From a candidate division WOR-3 bacterium (lineage in GTDB: Bacteria > Hydrothermota > 32-111), in contig JBDRZY010000006.1 of the NCBI GenBank assembly GCA_039804205.1, positions 63,855 through 127,854 on the forward strand: a DNA stretch of 64,000 nt, given 5' to 3'. The notes under the pieces were generated by a model. That model saw only the letters and a program-made list of their open reading frames with translations, did no database searches and had not been told where the DNA came from. Positions 10,369 through 19,644 of this stretch are shown here, piece after piece. The first letter of the stretch is position 1; every line of letters starts with the position of its first letter. A program made the translations under genes and the position numbers.

Positions 10369-11223
10369 TTATCTTTCAAATCTCAATTTCGAAAAACCTT
10401 TAAAATCAGGCAGATAACCTATAGTTTCTACAAGATTATAAAGTATATTATCTTTTTTCACAAGATTTTTTTTGATTAATGGATATATGTCAACATTAAC
10501 ATAAAACTCATATCCAGCCATATATATCCACCATGGCCATTTTGTATAATATTCTGAGTTTCTAAACATCTCCCTGTTGAAAGACCAATAAAAAGTTACA
10601 TTTTCAAGGTATCCATAATGTTTGAGTAAAGCATTTAAAACTCCCAGAATGTTTGCTGTAAGATCATAAACACTAAAACCTTCTCCTTTCTGATGACCAT
10701 CCATATACTCTTCAAGAATTCCAAACCCAACTATAACGGAAGAAGAAAGAATAACAGACCAGTTCGAAATCTTTTTAGAGATTTTCCCTGTTGTCATAAT
10801 GTTATAAGATCTATCAAAAAGTGTTGCCAGAGGAAGAACAGGAAGATACGAAAAAATAAAATGGACACCTTTATCACATTGTGTCTCCTGTGCGATCTCT
10901 TCTGACAATGGTTTAAAGTAAAAATCTCTCGCCTGTGAAGGATCAGCATGGTTTGGACTTGTGAACCTTGTCCACCTATCAGCAAAATACCATCTCAAAT
11001 CTTTGTTGAGGGATATAAGAACAACTCCTCCTACAACTATAGTTGGAACTGCAATCTTCATAACATCGGAAAAATACTGATTGTTAAAAACAGTTAAAGT
11101 ATCCTCAAAATTTTCATCCGTCTTGCTTTCAAATGAAAAAATGTTTATGAACACAAAAGAGATGAGAATAATTTTAAAGATAAAATCTTGAAATCTCTTT
11201 TTCAAGGGTTTGTGAATCAACAT
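10369..11223 (-). CDS. Hypothetical membrane/exported protein (possibly DUF2279-like)
   Basis: It has an N-terminal signal/anchor (KKRFQDFIFKIILISFVFINIFSF) and internal hydrophobic segments. The DKGVHF...GFSVYDLTANILGV pattern weakly recalls DUF2279 lipoproteins; this is from memory and unverified. The ATG at 11223 lies 50 nt inside the cdaA 3' end. Confidence 0.5.
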   Translation of the reverse strand: MLIHKPLKKRFQDFIFKIILISFVFINIFSFESKTDENFEDTLTVFNNQYFSDVMKIAVPTIVVGGVVLISLNKDLRWYFADRWTRFTSPNHADPSQARDFYFKPLSEEIAQETQCDKGVHFIFSYLPVLPLATLFDRSYNIMTTGKISKKISNWSVILSSSVIVGFGILEEYMDGHQKGEGFSVYDLTANILGVLNALLKHYGYLENVTFYWSFNREMFRNSEYYTKWPWWIYMAGYEFYVNVDIYPLIKKNLVKKDNILYNLVETIGYLPDFKGFSKLRFER

Positions 11224-11917
11224 CTCTTTTCAAAACTCCTTTTTCAGCAATCGAAATCATCCTTCTTTCCTCTGATATAACTATCACAAGTGCATCAGTT
11301 TCCTCTGAAAGTCCAAGAGCAGCCCTGTGTCGTGTTCCAAGAGTTACTCCCTGTATTGGATTTTCAGATAAAGGTAAAATAGCGGATGCGGCAACTATCC
11401 TTTCATCTTTTATTATCAAAGCACCATCATGGAGTGGAGATTTAGGAGAAAATATTGACACTATAAGATCAGAGTTGATAGCAGAGTTTAAAGTTGTTCC
11501 AGTTTCGTAAAAATGTTTAAGACCAACATCACCTTCAAGAACTATCAGTCCGCCAAGTCCTCTATCAACAAGTTTCTGAACACTTTTAACTATTTCATCT
11601 ATATAAGTTTTTCTTTCTTCTTTTATAAAATATCTCACGAACTTTGACTTACCCAATATCGTAAGAACCCTTCTGATTTCAGGTTGAAAAACAACTATAA
11701 AAAATATTATCCATATCGATTTAAGACCGTTTAATATCCAGGTTAAACCTCGAAAGTTTAAAATATCGGAAACAAAAGTTACAAGAAAGATCAGGAATAT
11801 TCCTATAAACATTTGGACAGCTCTTGTCCCTTTTAAAAATCTCAACGCCTGGTAAACGATGGTTGAAACTATGATTATGTCCAGTATATCAAGGATATTG
11901 ATTTTTATCAGTGACAC
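11174..11917 (-). CDS. cdaA: Diadenylate cyclase CdaA (membrane-anchored DisA_N/DAC domain)
   Basis: Three N-terminal TM helices are followed by the DAC motifs LHDGALII and GTRHRAALGLSEETDALVIVISEE. Confidence 0.9.
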   Translation of the reverse strand: MSLIKINILDILDIIIVSTIVYQALRFLKGTRAVQMFIGIFLIFLVTFVSDILNFRGLTWILNGLKSIWIIFFIVVFQPEIRRVLTILGKSKFVRYFIKEERKTYIDEIVKSVQKLVDRGLGGLIVLEGDVGLKHFYETGTTLNSAINSDLIVSIFSPKSPLHDGALIIKDERIVAASAILPLSENPIQGVTLGTRHRAALGLSEETDALVIVISEERRMISIAEKGVLKRDVDSQTLEKEISRFYL

Positions 11918-13092
11918 AAAACCTCCGATGCAATTTTTAGAGCATCATAATTTTCCTTAACGTTGTGAACTCTGAAAATTTTTGCACCATTAAAAAAACC
12001 ACAGACGTTTGCTCCCACTGTTCCAGATAATCTTTCTTCAGGTTCTCTGTTCAAAATTTTTCCTATGAAACTTTTGTTTGAAACTCCAAGTGTTATAGGT
12101 TTTTTAAGTGATCTAAAGATATCAAGGTTGTTCAAAATTTTCAAATTATCTTCGACAGTTTTACCAAATCCAATGCCAGGATCAAGAGAGATCTTCAATG
12201 GATCAACACCTGAAGAAACAGCACACTCAACACTTTTTTCAAGATACTCAACTATTTCAAGAAGAAGATCTTCATATGCTGGATTTAATTGCATATCTTT
12301 TGGTGTTCCCTTTATATGCATCAATATTACAGATGAATTTTTATTCGCAACAACATTTTTCATCTCATGATCAAAATTTAAACCACTTATATCGTTAACT
12401 ATCTTGACACCCGCTGATAAAGCATAGGATGCAGTTTTTGAGTTGTATGTATCTATTGAAAGCAGAAGTTCTGGAAACCTCTTTAAAACATTTTCGATGA
12501 CAGGCATAACCCTTTCGATCTCCTCATCAACACTTACAGGTTCACTAAAAGGTCTTGTCGATTGACCACCTATATCTATGATATCAGCGCCCTCTTCGAC
12601 CATCTGTTCAACCCTTTTCAACGCTTTTTCAATTTCATTGTATCTTCCACCATCATAGAACGAATCGGGAGTGACATTTAAAACTCCCATGATCAAAAAA
12701 TTTTTTTGAGATAGTAAATCTTTACCATCAACAAAAAAACAATCTTTGTACTCAATAAGCTCAATAATCTGGTTCATACTTTTTTCAAGTGAGAACGGTT
12801 GTCCTTTCAATTTATCCTTCATCTTGAAAATTTGGGATAGTGTTGCAGAGAGAAGAATGTCCGATTTATCTGCTTTCCCTGAGATAACATCTTTTGCTAT
12901 AGAACAGTCACAACCCACAGATAGTGCAGTTTGTTTTAAAATGTTTGCAAATTCTATTCTCGCATCTTTGAAAAAAATAATGTACGAATATGTTTTCTTT
13001 TCCATCAACTCAATAGAATATGGATCACATTTTGTTTTCTCGATCCATTCTTTAAAACTCTTTTTATCCTTTTTCAAAACATATATTTTCAT
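11908..13092 (-). CDS. folP: Dihydropteroate synthase with an extra N-terminal domain of about 130 aa
   Basis: The pterin-binding domain starts at IMGVLNVTPDSFYDGGRY and includes DIGGQSTRP, VNDISG and LGVSNKSFIG. Residues 1 to about 130 lie outside the canonical domain. Confidence 0.9.
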   Translation of the reverse strand: MKIYVLKKDKKSFKEWIEKTKCDPYSIELMEKKTYSYIIFFKDARIEFANILKQTALSVGCDCSIAKDVISGKADKSDILLSATLSQIFKMKDKLKGQPFSLEKSMNQIIELIEYKDCFFVDGKDLLSQKNFLIMGVLNVTPDSFYDGGRYNEIEKALKRVEQMVEEGADIIDIGGQSTRPFSEPVSVDEEIERVMPVIENVLKRFPELLLSIDTYNSKTASYALSAGVKIVNDISGLNFDHEMKNVVANKNSSVILMHIKGTPKDMQLNPAYEDLLLEIVEYLEKSVECAVSSGVDPLKISLDPGIGFGKTVEDNLKILNNLDIFRSLKKPITLGVSNKSFIGKILNREPEERLSGTVGANVCGFFNGAKIFRVHNVKENYDALKIASEVLCH

Positions 13093-13679
13093 CTGGTCTC
13101 ACCTGCTTTTATCAGATTTAACGCTTCTTCCCTTGTGATCGGTTTTTTCATCACACCTCTTATAGCACTCGTTGTTGTATAAACTCCAGGTTTTTTTATT
13201 CCCCTCATGTAAAGACACATCTGTTGTGCTTCAACTATAACCAGAATACCCATCGGTTTTAAAAGTTTGTTCAGAGTATCAGCGATATCTGTTGTCATCC
13301 TTTCCTGTATCTGTGGTCTTTTAGCAATCGTATCAACTACCTCTAAAAGATTCGAAAAACCTGTTATTTTGTTGTTAGCAGGTATATATGCAATATGAAC
13401 ATAACCAAAAAAAGGAAGAAGATGGTGCTCACACATTGAAAAGAATGGAATATATCTTAACACTATCATTTCGTCCTGATTTTTAGTTTCAATAAGTTTA
13501 ATCTCTTTGTTGACATCTTTGAACAAACCTGAAAATATTTCCTCATACATCAAAGCAACTCTTCTGGGAGTGTCCCTCATTCCATCTCTGTTTATATTAT
13601 TCCCAAGTGCATCAATTATGAGTTGAACACCTTTTTCTATCTTTTTCAAATCTATACTTCTTTTAGACAGCCTCTTCAT
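13089..13679 (-). CDS. folE: GTP cyclohydrolase I
   Basis: Motifs seen are RDTPRRVA, FFSMCEHHLLPFFGYVHIAYIP and QIQERMT. Length is 196 aa. Confidence 0.92.
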   Translation of the reverse strand: MKRLSKRSIDLKKIEKGVQLIIDALGNNINRDGMRDTPRRVALMYEEIFSGLFKDVNKEIKLIETKNQDEMIVLRYIPFFSMCEHHLLPFFGYVHIAYIPANNKITGFSNLLEVVDTIAKRPQIQERMTTDIADTLNKLLKPMGILVIVEAQQMCLYMRGIKKPGVYTTTSAIRGVMKKPITREEALNLIKAGETR

Positions 13680-15534
13680 TTTTTACCTCTTTTTTTTCAT
13701 TATCTTTTTTCAAGGGTTCAAGTTCTTCACCTCTCATTATTCTATCGATATCATCACTATCCAGTGTTTCCCTTTCAAGCAGGTAGTTTGCCATTTTGTT
13801 GAGTTTATCGAGATTGTTTTTAAGGATATCCAGTGCCCTCTGCATCGCTTCATCAACTATTTTTTTCACCTCTGAATCGATCAATCTTGCAGTTTCCTCT
13901 GAAAAATCTTTCCTTTGAGTTATTTCACGACCAAGGAAAATTGAGTCGTGTGGGTTTGAATATTGTATAGTTCCAACCTTCTCGCTCATTCCCCATTCAC
14001 AAACCATCTTATGGGCAATTTCGGTTGCTTTTTCAATATCGTTACTCGCACCTGTTGTGATATCTCCAAGAGCAAGTATCTCTGCCGCTCTTCCCCCAAG
14101 CAGAGAAACAAGATTATCGAGCAGATAATTTTTTGAATACATGTGTCGATCATCTATTGGTAAAAACTGTGTCACTCCCAAAGCCATACCTCTAGGAATA
14201 ACCGTAACTTTGAACACAGGATCAACATTTTTTAAATTCTTTGAAACGATAACATGACCTGATTCATGATATGCACTTATTTTTCTCTCGTTCTCAGATA
14301 TAACAGCTGATTTTCTTGCAAGTCCCATCAGTATTTTATCTTTTGCTTCTTCAAACTCTTCCATATTAACTTCATTTTTATCTTTCCTTGCCGCAAGAAG
14401 TGCTGCCTCATTTACCATATTAGCGATATCAGCACCTGTAAAACCGGGAGTCGCTTTTGCGAGGATTGAAAAATCAACATCCTTTCCAAGTGGAATCTTT
14501 CTTGTGTGTATCACAAAAATTTCCTCTCTTCCTTTTACATCAGGTCTATCGATTACTATCCTTCGATCAAACCTACCGGGTCTCAGGAGTGCAGGATCAA
14601 GTATATCAGGTCTGTTGGTAGCAGCCATAACAATTACCGCTTCATCCGTCTGAAATCCATCCATCTCAACGAGTAACTGGTTCAACGTCTGTTCTCTTTC
14701 ATCATGTCCACCACCTATACCTGCTCCCCTGTGTCTTCCAACAGCATCGATCTCATCGATGAAAACTATACACGGTGAATTCGCTTTTGCTCTTTGAAAC
14801 AGATCTCTCACTCTTGAAGCCCCAACTCCAACAAACATCTCAACGAAATCTGAGCCGGATATTGAAAAGAATGGGACTTTTGCTTCACCAGCAACAGCTT
14901 TCGCCATCAATGTTTTACCTGTTCCAGGAGAACCTAAAAGTAAAACTCCTTTTGGAATCCTTCCACCTAAACGAATATATTTACCTGGATGTTTTAAAAA
15001 ATCTATTATCTCCTGTAATTCTTCCTTTGCCTCTTTAGCACCAGCAACATCGTTGAAAGTAACTTTTGGTGTCAAAACCATCACAGCGTTTGATCGTCCA
15101 AAAGTGAAAGCACGATTCTGACTGTTCGAAATCGATCTTGTAAAGAAATAGAAGAGAACAAAAAATGTGATCAATGGAATCACATAAGGTAAAACTTCTC
15201 CCCAGAAATTTGAAGGGATCTTAACAGTTATCTTTACATTCTGTTCAACCATCTTCTGAACAAGTGTATTATCATCATAAGGGATGATGGTCCTAAACTG
15301 TCCTCCATCTTTATAATCACCAGAGATATTTCTTTCAACTATCGTGACACTCTTGATCTTACCATTCATCAATTCATTGTAAAAAGTCGAATAATCTATC
15401 TGTTTCACCTGAGAGGTGAAGATACTTATTATGTTCGGTAAAAAAAGTAGCAGAAGAAGTGTTATTATCCAGATAGTCCACTTCGCTTTATCCTCATTTC
15501 CTTTGTATATTTTTTTTATGTTCCTTTTCTTCAT
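13663..15534 (-). CDS. ftsH: ATP-dependent zinc metalloprotease FtsH
   Basis: It has Walker [10 protein letters not shown], Walker B IVFIDEID, the SRH region and the zinc site HESGH. There are two N-terminal TM segments. Confidence 0.97.
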   Translation of the reverse strand: MKKRNIKKIYKGNEDKAKWTIWIITLLLLLFLPNIISIFTSQVKQIDYSTFYNELMNGKIKSVTIVERNISGDYKDGGQFRTIIPYDDNTLVQKMVEQNVKITVKIPSNFWGEVLPYVIPLITFFVLFYFFTRSISNSQNRAFTFGRSNAVMVLTPKVTFNDVAGAKEAKEELQEIIDFLKHPGKYIRLGGRIPKGVLLLGSPGTGKTLMAKAVAGEAKVPFFSISGSDFVEMFVGVGASRVRDLFQRAKANSPCIVFIDEIDAVGRHRGAGIGGGHDEREQTLNQLLVEMDGFQTDEAVIVMAATNRPDILDPALLRPGRFDRRIVIDRPDVKGREEIFVIHTRKIPLGKDVDFSILAKATPGFTGADIANMVNEAALLAARKDKNEVNMEEFEEAKDKILMGLARKSAVISENERKISAYHESGHVIVSKNLKNVDPVFKVTVIPRGMALGVTQFLPIDDRHMYSKNYLLDNLVSLLGGRAAEILALGDITTGASNDIEKATEIAHKMVCEWGMSEKVGTIQYSNPHDSIFLGREITQRKDFSEETARLIDSEVKKIVDEAMQRALDILKNNLDKLNKMANYLLERETLDSDDIDRIMRGEELEPLKKDNEKKEVKNEEAV

Positions 15535-15538
15535 AAAC

Positions 15539-16066
15539 TTATTCCTCCTTTAAGATACCGATATATGGCAGATTTCTGTACATCTGTTTATAATCAAGAC
15601 CATAACCAACAACAAAATGGTCATCGATAACGAAACATGAATAATCCGGGTTTTCATTTACCTTTCTTTTACATTTTTTATCAAGAAGTGTGACCAGTTT
15701 TAAACTTTTTGGAGAGTTCGCAAGAAGTTTTAACTTCAAATGTTTATAGGTTAAACCTGTATCTATAATATCCTCAACAACAACAACATCTCTACCTTCA
15801 ATATCTATACTGATATCCTCTTCGATCCTCACTTTCCCGGAACTGGTTTTTTCACCTTCATAGGAACTTATTATCATAAAATCAACATTCAAAGGGAAAG
15901 TCAATTTTGTAATAAGGTTTGCAGCAAAAATAAAAGCACCTTTTAGAATGACTATAAATACAGGTTTTTTATCTTTGTATTCTTCATTCAGAATCTCTGC
16001 CAATTCATCTATCTTTTTTTTGATCTCATCTTCGGTGATAAAAACTTCAACATACTCTTTTGACAT
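15539..16066 (-). CDS. hpt: Hypoxanthine phosphoribosyltransferase
   Basis: The PRPP-binding loop VVVVEDIIDTGLT is present. Length is 175 aa. It sits in the conserved tilS-hpt-ftsH arrangement. Confidence 0.9.
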   Translation of the reverse strand: MSKEYVEVFITEDEIKKKIDELAEILNEEYKDKKPVFIVILKGAFIFAANLITKLTFPLNVDFMIISSYEGEKTSSGKVRIEEDISIDIEGRDVVVVEDIIDTGLTYKHLKLKLLANSPKSLKLVTLLDKKCKRKVNENPDYSCFVIDDHFVVGYGLDYKQMYRNLPYIGILKEE

Positions 16067-17402
16067 AAAACTGTATACACTCCTTTTCTTTCAGAAAATC
16101 AACAACATAAAGGTTGCTTCTCTTCAAATCTCCCAAAAGCAAAATCTCATTTTTTTCGTTTACAATAACCGGTAACCGTTCTCTTAAATCTTTTTCTACT
16201 TTTAAATCTATCAATATTTTACTTATCTTCCTTTCATAACCACAATTAAACAATGTCATCCTATCACCTTTTTCATATCTTTTTAAAAAGAATCTTGTTC
16301 CACAATCGAGCGTGAAATAGAATCTGTTTTTTTCAAACCTAACATTTTTTGACTTGACTTTTTTCACAGAAACTTCAAAATCGTTGAAAAAAATTTTTTC
16401 ATTCAATTTTATTTCAGCAAAATCCTGCAAATCTTCCTTTTCTTTTGTTTTATATATCTTTACAATGTTATACTTTCTTTCTAAGTAAAAATCTCCGATC
16501 TTTTTTTCAATGTTTTTCTTATCGGATAGAATTATTTTTTCAACTTCATCTAAGATGTTTCTGTTTACATAAAAAAATTTTGAAAGAGCGATATATATCA
16601 AAATTTTTCTTAATTTTTTATTATAACTCAAAATCTTTAAAATATCAATAATAAGTGACCCATTTTCATATTGAAAAATGTTTAAATATTCAAATAAAAG
16701 TTGTTCAAAACCAACTTCAAACTCTTTCAAATTATCAAAGAAAATTTTGAAAGAGTATATCCCGTTTTTCAGGGAATTTTCAAGAACAGGGATAAGATCA
16801 TGTCTTATCCTGTTTCTGACAATATTTTTGTTCAAATTTGTAGGATCTTCAATGTATTCTATATTTTCTTTTTTCAAACTGTTCAATATATCATTCTTTT
16901 TTAAAAAAAGTAAAGGTCTTATGAAAACATTTTCAACAGGATCTATCGATGAAGCACCTCTAACTCCAGTATTCCTCTGAAGGTTTATAAAAAATGTTTC
17001 AACAGCATCCGTTAGATTATGTCCTGTAAATATATAGTCAAACTTTTTCTTTTTAAAAATATCAAGAAGATATTTTTTTCGCAGTTCTCTTGCTGCCCTT
17101 TCAAAACCCAATTTTTTTGTTTCCTTTAAATCCAAAACCTTTTCGCTTCTGTAATTCAATCTGACATTGTTATCTTTACATATCTTTTTTACAAAATCTT
17201 CCTCTTTTAAAACATCTTCCCTTTCATTATGGTTAAGATAAAAACATTCAAAATATGTGTTGAAATTTTTTTTACAGTAAAGTAAAAAATGAAATAACAG
17301 AGTCGAATCTGGTCCACCTGAAAAACTTAAAAGTACCCTTTTATCTTTTAATTCAACGCTGTTATCTTTTAAAAACTTTAAAATTTCCTCAAAAAGTTTC
17401 AT
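16047..17402 (-). CDS. tilS: tRNA(Ile)-lysidine synthetase
   Basis: The PP-loop LLSFSGGPDS is present. The ORF-track start at 17420 is a TTG codon. The first ATG (17402, MKLFEEIL...) gives a typical TilS N-terminus, so either start is possible. Confidence 0.85.
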   Translation of the reverse strand: MKLFEEILKFLKDNSVELKDKRVLLSFSGGPDSTLLFHFLLYCKKNFNTYFECFYLNHNEREDVLKEEDFVKKICKDNNVRLNYRSEKVLDLKETKKLGFERAARELRKKYLLDIFKKKKFDYIFTGHNLTDAVETFFINLQRNTGVRGASSIDPVENVFIRPLLFLKKNDILNSLKKENIEYIEDPTNLNKNIVRNRIRHDLIPVLENSLKNGIYSFKIFFDNLKEFEVGFEQLLFEYLNIFQYENGSLIIDILKILSYNKKLRKILIYIALSKFFYVNRNILDEVEKIILSDKKNIEKKIGDFYLERKYNIVKIYKTKEKEDLQDFAEIKLNEKIFFNDFEVSVKKVKSKNVRFEKNRFYFTLDCGTRFFLKRYEKGDRMTLFNCGYERKISKILIDLKVEKDLRERLPVIVNEKNEILLLGDLKRSNLYVVDFLKEKECIQFYVKRVC

Positions 17403-17544
17403 TTTATTAGTATAATTCAAAATAGTGTAATATCAATAGGAAGTGATGATACTTTTGGGGATAGTGCCTGGCTTTTTATATGAAATTTTACCTGCATGAT
17501 CAGTTAAAAAAACAGAAAAAGGGTTATGGCTCTCACACTTATCA

Positions 17545-18720
17545 TCAAAAAATTATTCTGTTCCCTTTTATCTTCCTATCACTCACATAAAGATCTCTAA
17601 GTGTTAAAATTGATGATTCTCCATATTTGTTTCTTATCATTTCAATATGTTCTTTCAATCTTTCTTGTTTATCAAAAACTTCATTAAACGATAACTCTTG
17701 ATATATTCCTCTATCTCTTATTCCTCCTATCGATATTCCGACCAATCTCACAGGTAAAGTCAAATTTATTTTTTCGAATATTTTTTTTGTTTCCTCAAAA
17801 ATATCTTTCCAATCGTGGATGTATCTTTCAAGTTTTTTTTGCTTTGTAAATGTCTGGAAATTTGAATATCTCACAGTTAAAGTTATTCTATTCCCCTCAA
17901 AAAAATCTTCAAGCAACCTTGTTTCTATATGTTTTGATATCAAGGAAATATAAGATAGAATCTTTTCTTTATCAAAAGTATCCTCTGAAAACGTGTGTGT
18001 GTTACCAACAGATTTTGCCGTATCGATTTTTCTATAAATATCATCACTTATTTTTAAATTCGTTAATCCTTTCAAAAAATAGGCATAATGTTTAAAATTT
18101 TTTTTCAAAACAGAAAAAGGAATCTCATCGATCTGTCTAACATAAAATATACCATACGATTTCAATTTTTTTTCCATCTTTCTTCCTATCCCCGGGACCT
18201 TCTCTATCTCCTTATCTTTTATGTATTTCAAAGGGTCATCAACCACAAAAAAACCATCTGGCTTATTTTCATCGGACGCTATTTTCGCAACGATTTTTTT
18301 CGTCGATATACCACACGATGCTGTGATTTTCAGTTTTTCTTTTATTATTTTTTTTATCATAAGTGATTCTATGATCAGATCATCTTTTTTCGGGGAACAA
18401 AAAAAACATTCATCTATGGAATATGGAGACACATTACCTGCTATATCCTGAACCGTTTGAAAAACTTCTTTTGATATCGATAAATATTTTTCGATATCTG
18501 GCTTTATAACTACCAGATATGGACATTTTGATAATGCCTCATAAACAGGCATCCCTGCCTTTATACCATATTCTCTGGCTTTATAGGACGCAGAAGTTAT
18601 AACGGTTCTTGAATGTTCACTTCCACCAACAGCAACAGGCATATCCCTATAATAGGGTCTTGATGCGATCTCAACCGAAGCAAAAAAAGAATCGAGATCA
18701 AGATGAGCCCACCATATCAT
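17545..18720 (-). CDS. dinB: Y-family DNA polymerase IV (DinB type, catalytic residues present)
   Basis: Motifs AHLDLDSFFASVE and YSIDECFF (catalytic D..DE) are present. I place the start at ATG 18720 (MIWWAHLDLD), which forms an ATGA overlap with the stop of the upstream 80-aa ORF. The track's 18753 start adds an unlikely Cys-rich extension. Confidence 0.9.
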   Translation of the reverse strand: MIWWAHLDLDSFFASVEIASRPYYRDMPVAVGGSEHSRTVITSASYKAREYGIKAGMPVYEALSKCPYLVVIKPDIEKYLSISKEVFQTVQDIAGNVSPYSIDECFFCSPKKDDLIIESLMIKKIIKEKLKITASCGISTKKIVAKIASDENKPDGFFVVDDPLKYIKDKEIEKVPGIGRKMEKKLKSYGIFYVRQIDEIPFSVLKKNFKHYAYFLKGLTNLKISDDIYRKIDTAKSVGNTHTFSEDTFDKEKILSYISLISKHIETRLLEDFFEGNRITLTVRYSNFQTFTKQKKLERYIHDWKDIFEETKKIFEKINLTLPVRLVGISIGGIRDRGIYQELSFNEVFDKQERLKEHIEMIRNKYGESSILTLRDLYVSDRKIKGNRIIF

Positions 18721-18959
18721 AAGATCGCACTCTCCACATCTACAATGTACCATCTGTTCGTTGAAAGTGAATAAACAAGATGATAATAGAAAGAACCTGA
18801 TACAGTTGAAAAGTGTATCTTTATTCCATCCTCATCAACAGTTTTCCATGAATAAGTCAACTTCTCTACCTTTATAGTTTTACCTTTCCAGAAAAATGTT
18901 TTTGGAACTATTTTACCTTTTCCAAAGTACGCAAGAACAAAAATTTGCTCTCTGTTCAT
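18717..18959 (-). CDS. Small uncharacterised protein (80 aa) between lexA and dinB
   Basis: The ORF is flanked on both sides by verified ATGA start/stop overlaps. The sequence is Trp/Tyr-rich and looks all-beta (FFWKGKTIKVEKLTYSWKTVDEDGIKIHFSTVSGSFYYHLVYSLSTNRWYIVDVE). I could not assign a family with confidence. Confidence 0.6.
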   Translation of the reverse strand: MNREQIFVLAYFGKGKIVPKTFFWKGKTIKVEKLTYSWKTVDEDGIKIHFSTVSGSFYYHLVYSLSTNRWYIVDVESAIL

Positions 18960-19546
18960 AACTTTTTCAAAACTCCAACAACTTTTCCAAAAGGTTGAAA
19001 ATCATCATCATTCTTTATCTCTATGAGAGGATATTTCGGATTTTCCGCTTTTAAATAAATTTTGCCTTTTTCAACGATAAACCTTTTCAATGTGAATTCA
19101 CCGTTTAAAAAAGCAACTATTATATCCTTATTTTTCACATTTTCACTTTTTTCAACAAGAACCATATCCCCATCATATATCATGGCACCTTCCATACTGT
19201 CACCTTTAACTTTAAGAAAAAACTTTCTTTCAACACCATCTGGAAAAAGAAAACTATCTTCGATATTTTCTTCAGAGATTACAGGTTTTCCCGCAGATAT
19301 ATTTCCTAAAACAAAGATTTTTTCCATTTTGAAATGTTTTTTTATTCTTATTCCCCTTGATAGACCTTTCAACCTTTCAATATATCCTTTCTTTTCAAGA
19401 TTCATAAGATGAACAAAAATACCTTTTGTGCTTTTTTTCTGTAAACCAGAACATATCTCTCTGACAGTTGGAGGATAACCATTTTTTTTATTGTAAGAGT
19501 TTATGAACTCCAGAACCTCTTTTTCTTTTTCACTCAAAAAATCCAT
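18956..19546 (-). CDS. lexA: LexA repressor (SOS regulator, S24 peptidase)
   Basis: It has a winged-helix N-terminus (GYPPTVREI) and an A-G cleavage site (NISAGKPV). The catalytic Ser is in KGDSMEGA and the Lys in FTLKRF. The track start at 19552 is GTG. The ATG at 19546 is preceded by AGGAG with a 5-nt spacer, so I use it. Confidence 0.9.
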   Translation of the reverse strand: MDFLSEKEKEVLEFINSYNKKNGYPPTVREICSGLQKKSTKGIFVHLMNLEKKGYIERLKGLSRGIRIKKHFKMEKIFVLGNISAGKPVISEENIEDSFLFPDGVERKFFLKVKGDSMEGAMIYDGDMVLVEKSENVKNKDIIVAFLNGEFTLKRFIVEKGKIYLKAENPKYPLIEIKNDDDFQPFGKVVGVLKKL

Positions 19547-19557
19547 AAACACTCCTA

Positions 19558-19575
19558 TGTAAACATTTGTTTACA
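19558..19575. promoter_or_regulatory. Candidate LexA operator (SOS box): TGTAAAC-ATTT-GTTTACA
   Basis: This is a perfect 7-4-7 inverted repeat. It lies between the predicted lexA -10 element and the RBS. Its AAC-N4-GTT core matches the core of the Gram-positive GAAC-N4-GTTC box. Confidence 0.55.
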
Positions 19576-19602
19576 TTATCAACATTTTTTGAAAAAAGTC
19601 AA
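19575..19602 (-). promoter_or_regulatory. Putative sigma-70 promoter of the lexA-orf80-dinB operon
   Basis: On the minus strand it reads TTGACT (19602-19597), a 16-nt spacer, then GATAAT (19580-19575). The -10 abuts the palindrome. Confidence 0.4.
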
Positions 19603-19608
19603 GATCTA

Positions 19609-19636
19609 TTGACCTGCATCTTTTTGGATATATAAT
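19609..19636 (+). promoter_or_regulatory. Putative sigma-70 promoter of the radical SAM gene (near-leaderless transcript)
   Basis: It reads TTGACC (19609-19614), a 16-nt spacer, then TATAAT (19631-19636). The ATG at 19645 lies only 9 nt past the -10, and no SD sequence intervenes. Confidence 0.45.
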
Positions 19637-19644
19637 TTTTTCTT

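Noticed and set aside
17421-17544. The largest minus-strand intergenic gap (124 nt, between dinB and tilS), considered as a possible tRNA, small RNA, riboswitch or terminator.
   Set aside because: It has no T-loop (GGTTCGAATCC-like) or acceptor-stem pairing. I could find no convincing GC-rich hairpin followed by a U-run on either strand. It most likely holds the tilS promoter only.
18721-18753. The N-terminal extension of dinB in the ORF track (MVHCRCGECDL...). Likewise the GTG start of lexA at 19552 and the extended starts of mtaB (57512), dtd (42988) and the second PASTA gene (62059).
   Set aside because: In each case an internal ATG gives the family-typical N-terminus. That ATG also either forms the ATGA overlap pattern common in this genome or has a properly spaced GGAG RBS.
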